64,000 nucleotides of DNA. Source: Camelus ferus. Its lineage: Eukaryota. The stretch spans positions 12,588,001 to 12,652,000 of the forward strand of contig NC_045696.1 in NCBI RefSeq assembly GCF_009834535.1, read 5' to 3'. The notes below the pieces were generated by a model. That model ran no database searches. It saw only the letters and a program-made list of their open reading frames with translations, and was not told where the DNA came from. Position numbers and translations under genes: made by a program. Every line of letters starts with the position of its first letter. Position 1 is the stretch's first letter. This document shows positions 35,471 through 48,545 of the stretch, piece by piece.

Positions 35471-37245
35471 AGATGCGACCAGCAATTTTTACTCCTTTAT
35501 TTTGATTACTCTGTTTATCAGCAGTAAATTTTGGAACTTTGGAGCATCTGTGAAAACAAAACATGGGGTCTGTGATCATTTATCCTTTTGATCCCTACTC
35601 TTTGCCTTTAGAGGGGCCTGGACAGGAAAAAGAAAAGACAGTGGCAGAGCACCAGCCAACAGAGGACTAACAGCAGTAGTGATGGTGGTCGGAGTAGGAA
35701 ACGTGCCATTAGCAGCAAAAGCGGCCATCATTATAACAGCTAATCTGCTGCAGATGGCTTTGCACCAGGGACAGTGCTAAGGACACAGATCTCCATCACA
35801 TCTCTCATTGGCACAAATCTTACAGCTAGAGGTATGGCCAGGCCTGGAGCAGTCCTATCTCCTCCATGAAAAGGCTGCCTTGTCTCTCATCCAATGAGTT
35901 GAGATGCCTGTGCTTTTCTTGAGGATCTTTAAGATTCTCTGCCTACCTCCTGGACCCCCTAACTTGAGTGCCCTCCTACGATTATAAACAAACACTGAAC
36001 TAGTGGTTTTCAAACTGCATTATGCCCAGCAGTAAGAGTTCCAAATTCCATGGTCCTTCCCGAGAAATGGAAGAGAAGGTGGCATGGCCAAGAACCTGGG
36101 TTCCAAGACCCAGATCCCTTCCTTCAGAGTAATTCTGTTTTGATCTGTTTTCTGCATTGACCTCCCTCCACCCCTGACCTCATTCATAAAACTTTTTAGA
36201 CAAAAGTTCATAGTTTTCAAAAAACTGTGAAAGCCACTACACTAAACTTGGTCTCCTTCCATAAAATGACCATTCTAAGTTCTCTTCAGTATTTGAATAA
36301 CCAAATCAGTGTTTAATTCTTGAAAGTTTGAAAAGCCCTATGAGATTTTCAAAAATGTTTTTTACGTGAGTAGAAAACATCATTTTTTATGTATCATCTC
36401 ATTTCTAGTTCTGTATCTATCGTTATACAAAACTGTCCTTATAGCTTGATTTTGACCAGGGATAAAGTTTGGCATGCCCAAATTTGGAATATTCTTTTGT
36501 GAGTCTCCTTTTTTTTGTGGTTTAATGATGGGAAAGCCTAGTTTCCATCAAATAACCAGATACGAATTTTTTATTTCTCCAAGTAAGAGTGTTTTCCAGG
36601 AACACTTGAGTTGAGCAGTATATACTTTGAGATTCACATTATAACTTTGCCAATTCTGTTTTATGCATATCATGCTGTAGTTTATGTACAGTGGTATTTT
36701 CCAAGACGGGGAAACTCCTCATGGTTGTATTCATTGGTCCCGACCTACAACTGGTTGGAAATCAAAACAGTGTCACCACATTTGAGTTATCTGCCTCTTG
36801 CTTTCCAGCGGTCTCCTTTGTTTAAAGCAGTGGCACTTTTATAAACACCAGACTTACTCATCTTATGCTTACGTACGTGTGAAATTCTCAAACTACACAA
36901 TCTTGGATTGCTCAGTGTTGTGACAGACAATCCAATCCAACCACTAAAAAGTCTGGTTAATACAAAGCCATAATATAATCTTTTTCTTTTAAGATTTGGT
37001 GGAGGCAGAGAGAGAGGACGTGGAAGACTTTTGTTCAGGAGTTATGCAGACCTCACCCTGTGTGTTTCTTCGTTTGGCTGGTTCTGCTCTGTACCCTTTA
37101 CAGTAAAACTGACAAAAATGTTCTGAGCACATGGGGTACATTCTAAACATTCATTAATCAACTGCACAGATGAAGCATGGTACTAGCAGGAAATATTAGG
37201 TTTCTTTAAAGAAATCTGATCAGAGTTTTTAGCTAGTTCTCTTAG

Positions 37246-37744
37246 TGTATCAGCCAAGATTCTCCAAAGGAGCAGAATAAATTGTGTGTTTGTGTGTGCG
37301 TGTGTGTGTGCGTGTGTGTGTGTGTGTAGAGAGAGAGAGAGATTTATTTTCAGGAATTGACTCATGCAATGATGGAGGCTGGAAAGTCTGAAATATATAG
37401 GGCAAGCCAGCAGGCTGGAAATTTAGCTAAGAGTTGACAGCGTTAGTTTTGAGTCCAAAATAGGGCAGGCCAGACTGACTGGAAACTTTGGAAGGATTTC
37501 TGTGTTACAGTCTTGAGTTAAAATCCCCTTCTCCAGGAAACTTCAGTCTTTGTTCTTAATGACTTCAACTGATTGGATATGGCCCACCCATAATATTGAA
37601 GGTAATCTGCTTTACTCAAAGTCTACTGACTATAAATGTTAATCACATCTAAAAAATACTTCTTGGCAACATCTAGACTGGTGTTTTACCAGACAATTGG
37701 GGACCATAGCCTAGCCAAGTGGACACACAGGATTAACAATCACA
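37246..37744 (-). mobile_element. Full-length MLT2B-like ERVL solo LTR with internal (TG)n(AG)n
   Basis: TGTATCAGCCAAGATTCTCC...GGAATTGACTCATGC...CTTCAACTGATTGGAT...CCTAGCCAAGTGGACACACAGGATTAACAATCACA. Confidence 0.9.
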
Positions 37745-39637
37745 CACTTTATTCTCTTTTCTGCTTTCTACAGCTGTGAGTCAGCTAATATCAGAAAAAT
37801 TTTTGACACAGAGCTGCTTACAAAGTACTCCTGTGGCCTTAACTGAAGCTATCAGGACATTAAGATGAAAAGTTGTCCTTATTGGTATGGATTTTTCTCT
37901 CTTGCTATTTGTTGCTGTGGGTCATGGGGCCAGTCTTGACCATTAAAGCAGTAAGGTACTAGCAAGAGAAGAGACAAACCAATAGAAGAGACTAGAAAGG
38001 CTCAAAATAAACTCAAATTGACCACAAAAATATATCAATTTGTACTCTGTGCTAAAGAGCTCATGGCACTTGATTGACTAGTAGATCATAAACCAAGAAT
38101 CCTATCTAAACATTTTCTCACTAAGAACACTTAATGATCAGGAGTTGGAGAGATACTGAAAGAATGATTCTGCTACCTCACTCAACTATGACCACATTGC
38201 TTGAGCACAGCTCCTTCATCTGTACACACTTAACAAGGGAAGAGGTGGAGAGATAACCAACATGCAGCAATTGCCGATCATGCCACATGCCCTAGTCTAG
38301 GTACGTTACACACTGTATGAGCTTCATGTTTCTCAAGGTACTCTGTGTATTTAATGATCACCAGGGTTGGGGCCCAGGTTAATCTGTGTTTTCAACAAAA
38401 TTTATTCTTGGTCCCAGTGCTGTAAAATGATTGTCCTTGTTCTCGTCTTGCAAAAGCAAGAAACTGAAGTATCAAGAAATTAAACAATTTGTCAGGACAC
38501 CCAAACGACACAAGGTAGAGCTATACATTTAGTCACAAGGAAGTTGGCCTCAAAGTCAACTTCATCACTAGGCGATGCCACAGGCCAATGAAACTCCATT
38601 TGCACTCTGTGCCTGCGATCATAGCTTCAGTGGCACATCCATGGCAGCTCCAGCTGCCCGGTATCCTTTTCCCTTTCCATCACCTGCCTCTAGTCCCCAG
38701 CATCACATAGCCTCTTGAATTGTACTACTGATTATTATATAATGGAATTTTGCGCAGGAGCTTGAGCAAAAAGACAAACTCACGAGTTCCAAATCCTATT
38801 TCCTAGTTATCTCTAACCAAGCCTTTACAAAGGAAAAAAAATGTTAGGAAATTACAACTAGCCATTTCTAATCAACAAAACTTGTGAGGAATTTGTAGGC
38901 TTCCATTAGCTGAGTTGCTTCTGAAACAAAACACGGTCTTGAGTCCCTGAATCTTTCAGCTGGGTAGTGAATGTCTCCATGGACAATTCTGGGTGACTTT
39001 ACATTGTTTTACTTAAAAATTCTGCTTCCTTACCTCTGAAAATAGTGTGTTTATAGGCGTGGCATGCTTTACAAGTGTACAACTGTGGAAAATGACATGA
39101 TGCTGAAACAAGCAAAACCTTTGACAGAAAGTTGAAATTGAGGTTATCCAAGAACTCAGCCAGTACATAGTGTTTCTGCCTACTCTGAACCTTCAGCAGT
39201 TTTATGGGCTCCTTTCCCACTTTTTTTTTTTTTTTTTTTTGAGTACACACATCAGTATGTACTGTGGCATAGTGTCTGTTTTCCAAAAATCCACAAACAT
39301 GAGTCAGCTGTTTGACTGTTATCTACAAATTTGGTAAAGTACTATATTCATGGACTCCAAGTACGTTTTCCAGGAATTACATCTCTGTGCCTCCACAATG
39401 ACTGTCCCGATCAGTGGTTGATGCTCTGAAGTATTCTGTGTTTACTTTCTAAGGGCAAAGTTGTCAGGATAGATAATTATGGGTTCTTGTTTATTCCGAA
39501 TGACTGTATAATGCAATGCTTTAATACATTAAATATTCTAGGTAATGTAAACTGTCACATATCATCATATGTAATATGGCAGTAACTTAAGAATATCCTT
39601 TTAACTCTGTAAGCTTGGTAGAAATCCAGTAGGAGCC

Positions 39638-40108
39638 AGTAATGGGTTGGATTGTTTAGCTTCAAGAAAGTTATGCTGACCTCCTAACTCCCAGTAACTC
39701 AGAATGAATGTGACTTTATTTAGAAACAGGGTCATTGAAGATGTAATTAGTTAAGATGAGGTCACATTGGAGTAGGGTGGAACTCTGGTTGTACTGGTGT
39801 ACTTATAAAAAAGAGAAACTCAGACACAGACATGCGCGGACAGAAGATTGCACAAAGAGACACATGAGGGGAAAGGTGGCCATTAGAAGATGGAAGCAAA
39901 AGTTCAAATTGTGTTGCCACAACCCAGAGAATGCCTGAGACCATGGGAGGCTAGGAAGAGATGAGGGAGGATCCTCCTGCAGATGGTTCAGGAGGAGTAT
40001 GACCGTGTCAACACCTGGACTGGAGACTTCTCCAGAACTATGACACAATACATTTCTGTTGTTCTAGGCCACCCAGCTGGTATTTGCAGCTGTGACTGAT
40101 AAAATAAA
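39638..40108 (+). mobile_element. MLT1B/C-like MaLR LTR
   Basis: GATGTAATTAGTTAAGATGAGGTCACATTGGAGTAGGGTGG...CTCCAGAACTATGACACAATACATTTCTGTTG...GCCACCCAG. Confidence 0.88.
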
Positions 40109-40164
40109 TGGGAGAGGAAGCCAGAACTAAACTCAGGTCCCTGCTTAAGTAAACTTATCCAGCT

Positions 40165-40472
40165 CAGGGCTCTAAATGTCATTTGCATCACAAGCCTCCC
40201 AAAGATATTATCTGTAATCATGACCTCTCCCTGAGCTCTAGAATCATATCTCCAACTGCTGCCTGGATAGATATATAATGGCATCTCAAAACTAGCATGA
40301 CCAAAGCAGGACATTGAATTCAATGCCCACTCAAAGTTTCCCTAGTCCACTCTGTCTGAGTGAATGACATCACCATCTACTAAGTTATTCAAGCTGAAAC
40401 CAAAAATCTTCCTTCTTCCCAGCCACCATACTCAATACATCTGTGTGCCCTCTACCTTCAAAATACATTCCA
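40165..40472 (+). mobile_element. L2 fragment
   Basis: GACCTCTCCCTGAGCTCTAGAATCATATCTCCAACTGC...GGCATCTCAAAACTAGCATGACCAAA...CTCTACCTTCAAAATACAT. Confidence 0.75.
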
Positions 40473-40554
40473 GGTCAGTTTCCTGGGAGACGTACTCTGA
40501 GATGTAGATTTGTAATAAAAGAATGAGAAGAATTATTAAAAAAAAAAAAGAATT

Positions 40555-42050
40555 TGAAATGCTATTGGGAATTTGATAGGGACTGCATCGAAAGTGTAGA
40601 CCTCTTTGGGTAGCATGGATAACCATATTAGGTCTTCCAATCAATGAACATAAGATGTCTTTCCATTTATTTGTATCTTTAATTTCTTTCAGTAATGTTT
40701 TATATTTTTATGATGTTTTTATATTTTTCAGTGTGTAAGTTTTTACCTCCTTGGTTGTATTTACTTCTACATATTTTATTATTTTGATGCTGTTGTACTT
40801 GGTATCATTTTCCTAATTTCCCTTTTGGATTATTCATTGTTAATGTATAAAAACACAACTGCTTTTTCTTTGTTGACTTTGTATCCTATAACTTTAATAT
40901 TGTATTAGTTATAATTAGAATTCTTTTATTAGTTATCTCAGTTTTTTGGTGGACTCTTAGTGTTTTCTACACATAAGACCATACCATCTACAAACAGATA
41001 ATTTTACTTCTTTTTTCTGACTTTGCTTGACTTTTGTCCATTTTTCTTGTCTAATTGTTCTGGTTGGGGTTTCCAGTAATATGTTGAATTGAAGTGGTGA
41101 AAGCAGTCATCCTTGGCTTGTTCCTGAGCTTGAAGGGCAAGCTTTCAGTCTTGAACCATTGAGTATGATGCTTACTGTGGGTTTTTCATATATGGCTTTT
41201 ATCATATTGAGGTAGGGTTCCTCTATTCCTACTTTGTGAAATATTATTCTCATTAAAAAGTGTTGAGTTTTGTCAGATGCTTTTTCTACTTCAATTAAGA
41301 TGATAACGTAGTTTTCTTCCCTAATTCTCTTAATGTGGTGTATGACATTTATCGATATCCATATGTTGAATCATCTTTGCATCCAAGGAGTAAATCCCAC
41401 TTGGCCCTGGTGTGTGATCTTTCTTATGTGGTGTTAAATTGGTTTGTTAGTATTTTGTTGAGGATTTTTGTATCAGTGTTCATAAGGGATATTACTCTGT
41501 AGTTTTCTTTTCCTGAAGTGTTTTTTTCTGGCTTTGGTATCAGAGTAAAGCTGGTCTCATAGAATGGGTTAAGAAGTGTTCCTTCCTCTTCAATTTTTTT
41601 GGAAGAGCTTGAGAAGAACTGATGTTAATTCTTCTTTAAATATTTGGTAAAATTCACCAGTGAGGCTATCAGAGCCAAAGCTTTTCTTTGTTGGAAGGCT
41701 TTTGATTACTCTTTCACTCTCCGTACTAATTATAGATCTATTCAGGTTTTCTATTTCTTCATGATTCATTCTTGATAGGTTTTGTGTTTCTAAGAATTTG
41801 TCCATTTCATCTAGGTTATCTGATTTGTTGGCATGGGGTTAGTTGTTCAATAAGTTACGCTTTTTGGTGTTATTGTAAATTGAATTGCTTTTATTTCACT
41901 TTCCAATTTTTTACTGCTATTATGTAAAATAAAATTGATTTGCTAATATTAACCTTGTATCCTGTGAACTTGATAAAGTCACTTATGTATTCTAATATTT
42001 AGTTTATAGATTCCTTAAGATTATCTCTGTAAACAATATTTTTTCCTTAT
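40555..42050 (-). mobile_element. Old L1M ORF2 (RT region) relic
   Basis: Peptide MDKFLETQNLSRMNHEEIENLNRSI...LPTKKSFGSDSLTGEFYQIFKEEL (41590-41805) is the L1 ORF2p region just upstream of the RT domain; many disablements; 41850-42050 appears to be a second older piece. Confidence 0.9.
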
Positions 42051-42234
42051 GATTTTAGCCTTTTAGCTAAATGCATGTGAACTGATTTGAATTTAACAGT
42101 TTTAATTAAGAAAATGATATTATTACTGTTCACCAAAATATTATTTTTAAAGCACTCAAGGACAACAGATTAAAACTGTCATTGAATTCAACAAAATTTT
42201 ATGTACTGTCTTCTTAGTGTGGTAATAAAACAGA

Positions 42235-42585
42235 ATAACATTCTGTCCTAGATGAATTGTCCTAATGTAATTGACAGTCCTGCCATAGAGGTGATACATA
42301 ATTTATGACTTCAAAAGGTGGGACGATTGCTGATTGGTAATGCTAACTGAAGAAATGTTTTTGAGAACAAGATACTTGAACTAGACTTGGAATAAAAGGT
42401 AGCATTCAGATTAATGATAGGAAGGATACAGGAATAGAGTAAACAAAGGTATAGAGGGAGAGATTCACAAAACAGTTTCCTAAGTTAGAGACAGAGACCA
42501 AGTAAGACTATCAGAGGAATACTGGCACCTAATGGCAGAACGTCTCAAAAGACAAGCTACTGAGTTTGAATTTCATGCTCTACTT
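42235..42585 (-). mobile_element. Decayed L2
   Basis: GAACAAGATACTTGAACTAGACTTGGAAT; GAGTTTGAATTTCATGC. Confidence 0.4.
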
Positions 42586-43449
42586 TCCCAAAGATTTTTA
42601 AGCATGGAAGTATGACTCAAGAGAAAATCTTCCAACCAGACCATGGTCAGAGAAAGCCTGAGCTCTGAGAGGAGATAATGGATATAAATACCACTGCAAC
42701 CAGCAGTCCACATAAGGACTGAACAGTTTTCCTTGTGCCCATGTTTGTGCAAACCAAAATAAATAATAGTCCTGACTACAACCCATTAACTTCATTTTAA
42801 ATGCCACAGCTCTAAGATCCCATGTCAGTCTTTATTCTAAGAATGACTTAATGGAAGTCTAATATTCATTAATGTTCTAAAATGAGAAAACACTTTCTGC
42901 TACGTGGATGAAATTGCTCAGAAAAAAAAAAGTCTAACACTTTTCTTCAAATGCTCTGATATGTTGAAAACTCATTGTAAAACTGCTAATTATGACAGAA
43001 TTCATAAAGGGTTGGATCTATTTTGAGTGCATCCAAGAGGAATTTCATCTTCGAAATACAAAAGAAGTCTGAAGTACTCAGGAAACTGCTTCAAGGAATA
43101 AGTAGCAGTAGATTTAAATCTTGGAGGATTATCAATATCTAGGTATAAATTTCCTTGTATTCTCTCATTGCCTTGACCTCCCACATAGTAGCATGGTCTG
43201 CAAGGAATATGGATATAGCAAAGCTCAACAAGTCTCCCTGGACCTCCTGTGGCTGTGGTGCAGACAGACATCCCCCCAGCCCAATGCCAACGCCAGGTGC
43301 TGCCCTGCCAGAAATCCACTCCTCTCTGTCCGGTAGCATCCATGCCCCTGGTTCTTGGGGAGACCATTTTTGGAAAGGGCACTAAGCTAGGCTCACCAAA
43401 TAGTACACATAACTTTCATGCCAGTTCAGGCAGCAACCATTTCCCTTCA

Positions 43450-43929
43450 GGACAGTCAGGGTTCAGTTAGGAAAACAGAAGCCACTCTAGATATTTCAAC
43501 CAAGAAATAATTTAACAAAGGGATTCAGAACTTACAAAATTGTTACAAGGACTGAGGACACAACAGTCATGGACGTCTCCAATTACATTCAACAAATTTT
43601 AACGGGCAGGAATCCCAAGACATTTCCATGAGCATCAGAGTGAGTAATTCTCAGGAGGACACTAGTAACCATTTGCAAAATCTCACTTCGATCATCTGCT
43701 GACACTAGGTCACCTGCCTGCCATGGAAACCAAAGAGCAGTGGTTCCTCCCCCTTTTCTGCTTTCCCAAATTCACAGAAGTGCCTCACACTGGGGAAATT
43801 TAGACTGGAGCCTGCTGACTGACAAGTTAAGCCAAGAAATGTAATTTTTAACATTTTAGCCCTGTAAGGCAGGGTGGAGCTTAGAAAGACAAGAATATTG
43901 CTAAAAGCCAATAGATAACATCCAGCACA
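43450..43929 (-). mobile_element. Ancient LTR (ERVL-class, LTR41/78-like)
   Basis: CAGTCAGGGTTCAGTTAGGAAAACAGAAGCCACTCTAG...AGCCAATAGATAACATCCAGCACA, followed by a pyrimidine tract compatible with an antisense polypurine tract. Confidence 0.5.
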
Positions 43930-44399
43930 TCTTTCTTCTCTTGACAACCCATAACCAAAACCATTACCAAGAAATCAAGACTCATTCCTCCACAGTATTC
44001 TCATTGTGGTGCTATCCCTCCAGAGACTCAATTCAGGGCTCCTCCTTCCCTATTCTGTGTTCTGCTGCTCCTTCTGCTCCCCCTTGGATACCACACCTCA
44101 TCTTCCAAGCAACCACTTACCCAAAGTTCAAATAACAGTGTGTGCATTTTCGTGGGTGGAGAGGTGGAGAAGGAATGGTATGGAGAGACTTTCACTAAAC
44201 CCAAGATTAAGCCTCTAACATGAAAGGGGTAGATTTTGCAATACACGCTGAACAGTGCTTCAGTTAGCTGGCCAAGTACATACAAAAAAACCTAGAAGTG
44301 TGTACAGCACTTTACTTTAGCATATTCCAACCCAAAGAGAACCCATAGTGGATAGAGATTTGGGGGTGGGTTATCTTCACTATTCCACTCAGCCTCCAT

Positions 44400-44563
44400 A
44401 CCCATTGTGCACATAGTCTTTTATGATAATTCCATGTGTGTCTGACTCTCTCACTAGATTTTGAGTTATTTGAGTGCAAGTATCCTGCTTTGCTAATCTT
44501 GGTATCTCTGGTACACAATGTAATACCAATTATGCAGTAGGATTTCCATGAATAAATGGAATG
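44400..44563 (+). mobile_element. L2 3' terminus
   Basis: TGTCTGACTCTCTCACTAGATTTTGAGTTATTTGAGTGCAAG...GCAGTAGG...TGAATAAATGGAATG. Confidence 0.65.
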
Positions 44564-45674
44564 GTGAGCTGGAGCTTGAAGAATTTTCCACTGTATCCCA
44601 ACTGGCTGTTCAGTGTTCCTAGATCACTCAGTCACTTCAAACACACATATCCAAAATAAAATTCATAGGTTCCTTTAGTATTTTTCCTCTTAACAGTTTA
44701 ATATTTATTTTTTTAAATGATACTATTCATCAAAAAGGTGAATAAATCCTAAGTTCAAGATGTTTTATGGATTTACATGGCTATTGAAGACATTTAAGAA
44801 AAGACGTGAGAACAAAAGTGGTAGGAGTGAAAATGTTTTAGGAAGATAAAAATGGAGATTTGGGGGCTTTAGGCAACAACTATTTGTGATCTAGCCGGAA
44901 GGACTGATGGCATTTTTAACACACTTGATACCTTGATACTGATATTAAATGATAACATAATAGCATTTCCAGGTTTATTTGGTAATAATGTAAAATTTTG
45001 GAAGCAGTTATATATATTATCACTCCTATCTCAAATATCATGAAAAAAAGACACAAAAGAGAATAAATTCACATGTTAGAAGAAAAGAAAATGTACCACC
45101 TGAAGACATTTTGAGGAGTCTCTAAAAGATGTAAGCAAACTGAATCATGCCTACAGAGTCACAAAGCTGAAAAAAGCCTCAGTGTGAAACACATGCAAAA
45201 GAAGGTGACATACAGTTCTGGAAGTTCCAGAGTCAACAGATAAAATAATAGGGAAGAGTATGAAGGCAGCTTTGAAAATGCTGAAGTGGTTAGTCTCTCC
45301 CACATCCTGCTAAACAGCTGCCAGGAGAGACACTGGCAACTGGGTTAAAGCACTGATGTCGGCTCAGAGTCCAAGACCCAGGTGGTACCAGGTAGAAGCT
45401 GATCCAAGGAGGAACAGAGAATCACCTCTCATCCAGCAGAGCATTCCGTCCCTCCCACACAGTCACTAAAGGTGAGCTACAGTGTCCACAGTCAGCATCC
45501 TCACACAAGTGACAAGGACAAAAATGAGTAAACAACCAAAAATTATCAAACATTTGAGTGAAAGCAACACCGCTAAAGAATAGCACCAAATCCAACTAGT
45601 TGATTAACTAACATCTGAGAAAACAGAATTAATAGAACAATGGTGAGGGAAACATCTCTAAGTAAGATTTATAT

Positions 45675-46559
45675 ATAGCTGTTACTTCATATTTCAAAGC
45701 CCTAACTCCCAGTAACTCAGAATGTGATTGTACTTGAGATAAAGCCTTTAAAGAAGTGATTAAGTTAAAATGAAGCTATTGGGTGAACCCTAACTCAAGA
45801 CTAGTGTCCTCATATAAAAAGAGGAGTTTAGGACACATAAGGGTGCCAACTAAAAATTGACACTTGCTACCTCCCTCTACAAGGATCAAATCACACTGGC
45901 ACTTGTCATCTACCTTTACTTGGATTAAATCACAAGCCTCTGCAGCCACTGACCTCCAGCACTCCCTGAAAGGACTTCAGAGTTGAGATCAGGAATGAGG
46001 CACTCTGTGCTCTGGGAAAACTGGTGAAACAACCTTCAGATAGTTAGATATCTTCAGGAGAATATTTTATGAGCCCAAATTCTTGCATCTCCTCATATCT
46101 AGAAAAGCACTAAAATCATTAACAGTGACATCTGCTCCTCATGACTAGTAGCAGCCTCTGCCTAAATGTGTGCTTGACTGTATGTGCCCCCACTTCACTG
46201 AAATCACACATAACACTGAATTTCCCCGGCCTCTTTGGAGCAGTCACTCAGAGCTATCTGAGATGCTGGCACCCAAGCTATAGTCCTCATTTTGCCCCAA
46301 ATAAAACTTAACCCTGGTGTGGTTTTATTTCAGTCAACAAGGGCAAGCAGACATGTGCATACACAGAGGAAAGACCATTTGAAGAGGCAGCAAGAGGATG
46401 ACCATCTGCAAGCAAAAGAAAGAGGCCTCATAGGAAACCAGCCTTGCTCTGCACCTTGATCTCATACTTCCCATCTCCAGAACTGTGAGAAAATAAATTT
46501 CTATTGTTTAAGCCACCAAGTCTATGGTTTTGTCATGGCAGTCTTAGCAAATAAATGCA
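45675..46559 (+). mobile_element. MLT1B-like MaLR LTR split by an ERV1 LTR
   Basis: GCCTTTAAAGAAGTGATTAAGTTAAAATGA...GGACAC, insertion, then CCATCTGCAAGC...CTCCAGAACTGTGAGAAAATAAATTTCT. Confidence 0.88.
45844..46339 (+). mobile_element. ERV1-type solo LTR
   Basis: TG...CA ends with imperfect terminal inverted repeats (TGCCAACTAAAAAT / ATTTCAGTCAACA), AATAAA near 46300, exact 4-bp TSD AGGG at 45840-45843 and 46340-46343. Confidence 0.9.
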
Positions 46560-48485
46560 ATAGTGATGTTCTCAGATAGAAGATATTGCAAAAAAAATCT
46601 AACTAAAGGGTTTAGAAATTTAAAATGTTATTGTTGAATGATTTTTAAGTTATCTAAATAGAATGGGCATAGCTGAAGAAGGAATCGGTGAGCTGGAAGA
46701 TCAAGCTAAGCAATTTCTCAAAATGCTGTGCAAAAGAAAAATGAGACAAAAAGCATGAAGAAAGACAAAAAAAAACATGGAGGTTAGACCCAGAAGTTTC
46801 AGCAGCTGTCTGTTAGGTACCCCAGAGTGAAAACAGAGATCACAGAAAAGAGGAGGTGACAGAAGCTATTGGAGAACCTCCCCAGAGCTGAAGAAACACA
46901 TGAGTCTTTTCACTCAAAAGGCCCATCGGGTGCCAATGGAAATGAATGAAATAACCACAGCAAATCACATCCACATAAAACTTAAAAAAAAAAATCTAGT
47001 GGTAAGAAGGAAATCCTAAACAATTCTGGAGAAGGGGAAAGACGGTCAACTAAGCAATGAGAATTAGGCTGCGTCATTTCGACAACAACACAGTATTGGG
47101 AGGGTGTGAGAATAAGTTGGAGTACTATTTTCAAAATTCTAAGAAAAATTAATAATCAAACCTAGAATTCTATGCCAACCAAATTTCAAATGGAAACACA
47201 AAAGACATTTTTAGTCGGGAAAGAACTCATAAAATTTATTTGTTTATCCTTTCTGTAGTAATTTCTCAAGAGATGTACTCAAAAAAAAAAAGAAAATATA
47301 AAAAGAGGAAGATGTGGAATACAATAAATTGCAGAAGGGAAAGAAAACAGTAGCAATTTCAAAAGTTATTGCTTTTTTAATTTAATAACAATTATAAGCA
47401 AAGTCACAAGCAATCTCAACATGGCAGGTACGTATGGAGTTAATCAAACAGGAGGAAAGAAAAGCACACTTCTCTTGTTTGGCGGTAATGTTGAGATACT
47501 TATTAACTCTAGATTTCATTTGAAAAAATAAGCTTAAAATTGTTTATTTTGTAAGTATTCATTTTTGAGAAATATATACCTTGTGGGAGTAATTAAAGGA
47601 GGGAACTGAGGGGTTTTATTAAGATTAGTAATTGCACCACCAAGTAGCTACTAATACATGTCTGATGGAGTGAAGCAAATGGGCCTATGACAGGACCACA
47701 GAGCCGCGACCTTCCTCAATTTCCCCTCCCATCCATTGGCCCTATGTGTTGGGAAGTGGACAGTGCAGTGGCCAAAATTCTGGAGTTTAAGTCCTAGTTC
47801 CCCATTCACTAGCTGTGAATTCTCAGTGATCCAAACTTTGGGCCAGTTGTGCAGAGAAGCTGCCACGGTGGGCTCGCTGCAGCTGGACCCCATTGTGTCT
47901 TCCCAGAACCTCACAGGAGCCTCATTACAGCCCAGGGGGCTTGGTATTAAGTTCTGGCAGCATCAGTTCAGCTTCGCCATGGGTGGCCACCATCTTGAGG
48001 CAAAGAGCTATGGTTTTTACATCCTCCTCATCAGATAGAACCACAGAGAAAGGCATTTGGATTCATTTTTAATGCCGAAAGTAATAGCCTTACAGATGTA
48101 CATTCTTGTTGATTTAAAGGTTGCTTTTTGATATGTCAAACCGTCACCTACATTTGTTGTTTTGCTTTAAATGTTCCTCTTTGTCTGTCTCTTCCTTTCC
48201 ATTTCCAAACCTAAGGACCGTGGGTTATCTATAATCAGTCATTACTGTTTTAGTTACCCTCAGTTAGTGAAAACGGAATTCTTGAAGCTCTTGTTGTTGC
48301 TCAAGAAAAAGCCAACAAATAACAGGATACAGAAAAGCCTCAAGTAAAACTAGATGGGTATTATTGGGTATGCATGATGAAGGATACACAAAGCCTTTTG
48401 TGTTGAAGAGTCAAAATGTGCCATCTAAACTGAACAATATAATTTATTTATTATACAATAATTAGCTTAACATTTTCATTTATTA

Positions 48486-48545
48486 TGTAACTTATTAGCT
48501 TAAAATATAATTTATTAGCTTAAAAATCATATAATTTATTAGATT
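48486..48545. repeat. Short AT-rich minisatellite, ~20-bp unit x ~3
   Basis: TGTAACTTATTAGCTTAAAA / TATAATTTATTAGCTTAAAA / (ATCA)TATAATTTATTAGATT. Confidence 0.8.

Larger units (their letters stand above)
44870..47570 (+). mobile_element. Ancient HAL1/L1M ORF1-region relic (host of nested LTRs)
   Basis: ORF1-like motifs ATAGCTGAAGAAGGAATCGGTGAGCTGGAAGATC, CCCAGAGCTGAAGAAACACATGAGTC and CAAACCTAGAATTCTATGCCAACCAAA; outer boundaries approximate. Confidence 0.65.

Noticed and set aside
43355..43405. IFGKGTKL peptide resembling a T-cell receptor J segment (FGxGT motif)
   Set aside because: No recognisable heptamer/nonamer RSS upstream, no splice donor at the expected position, and no other J-like segments in the window; treated as chance.
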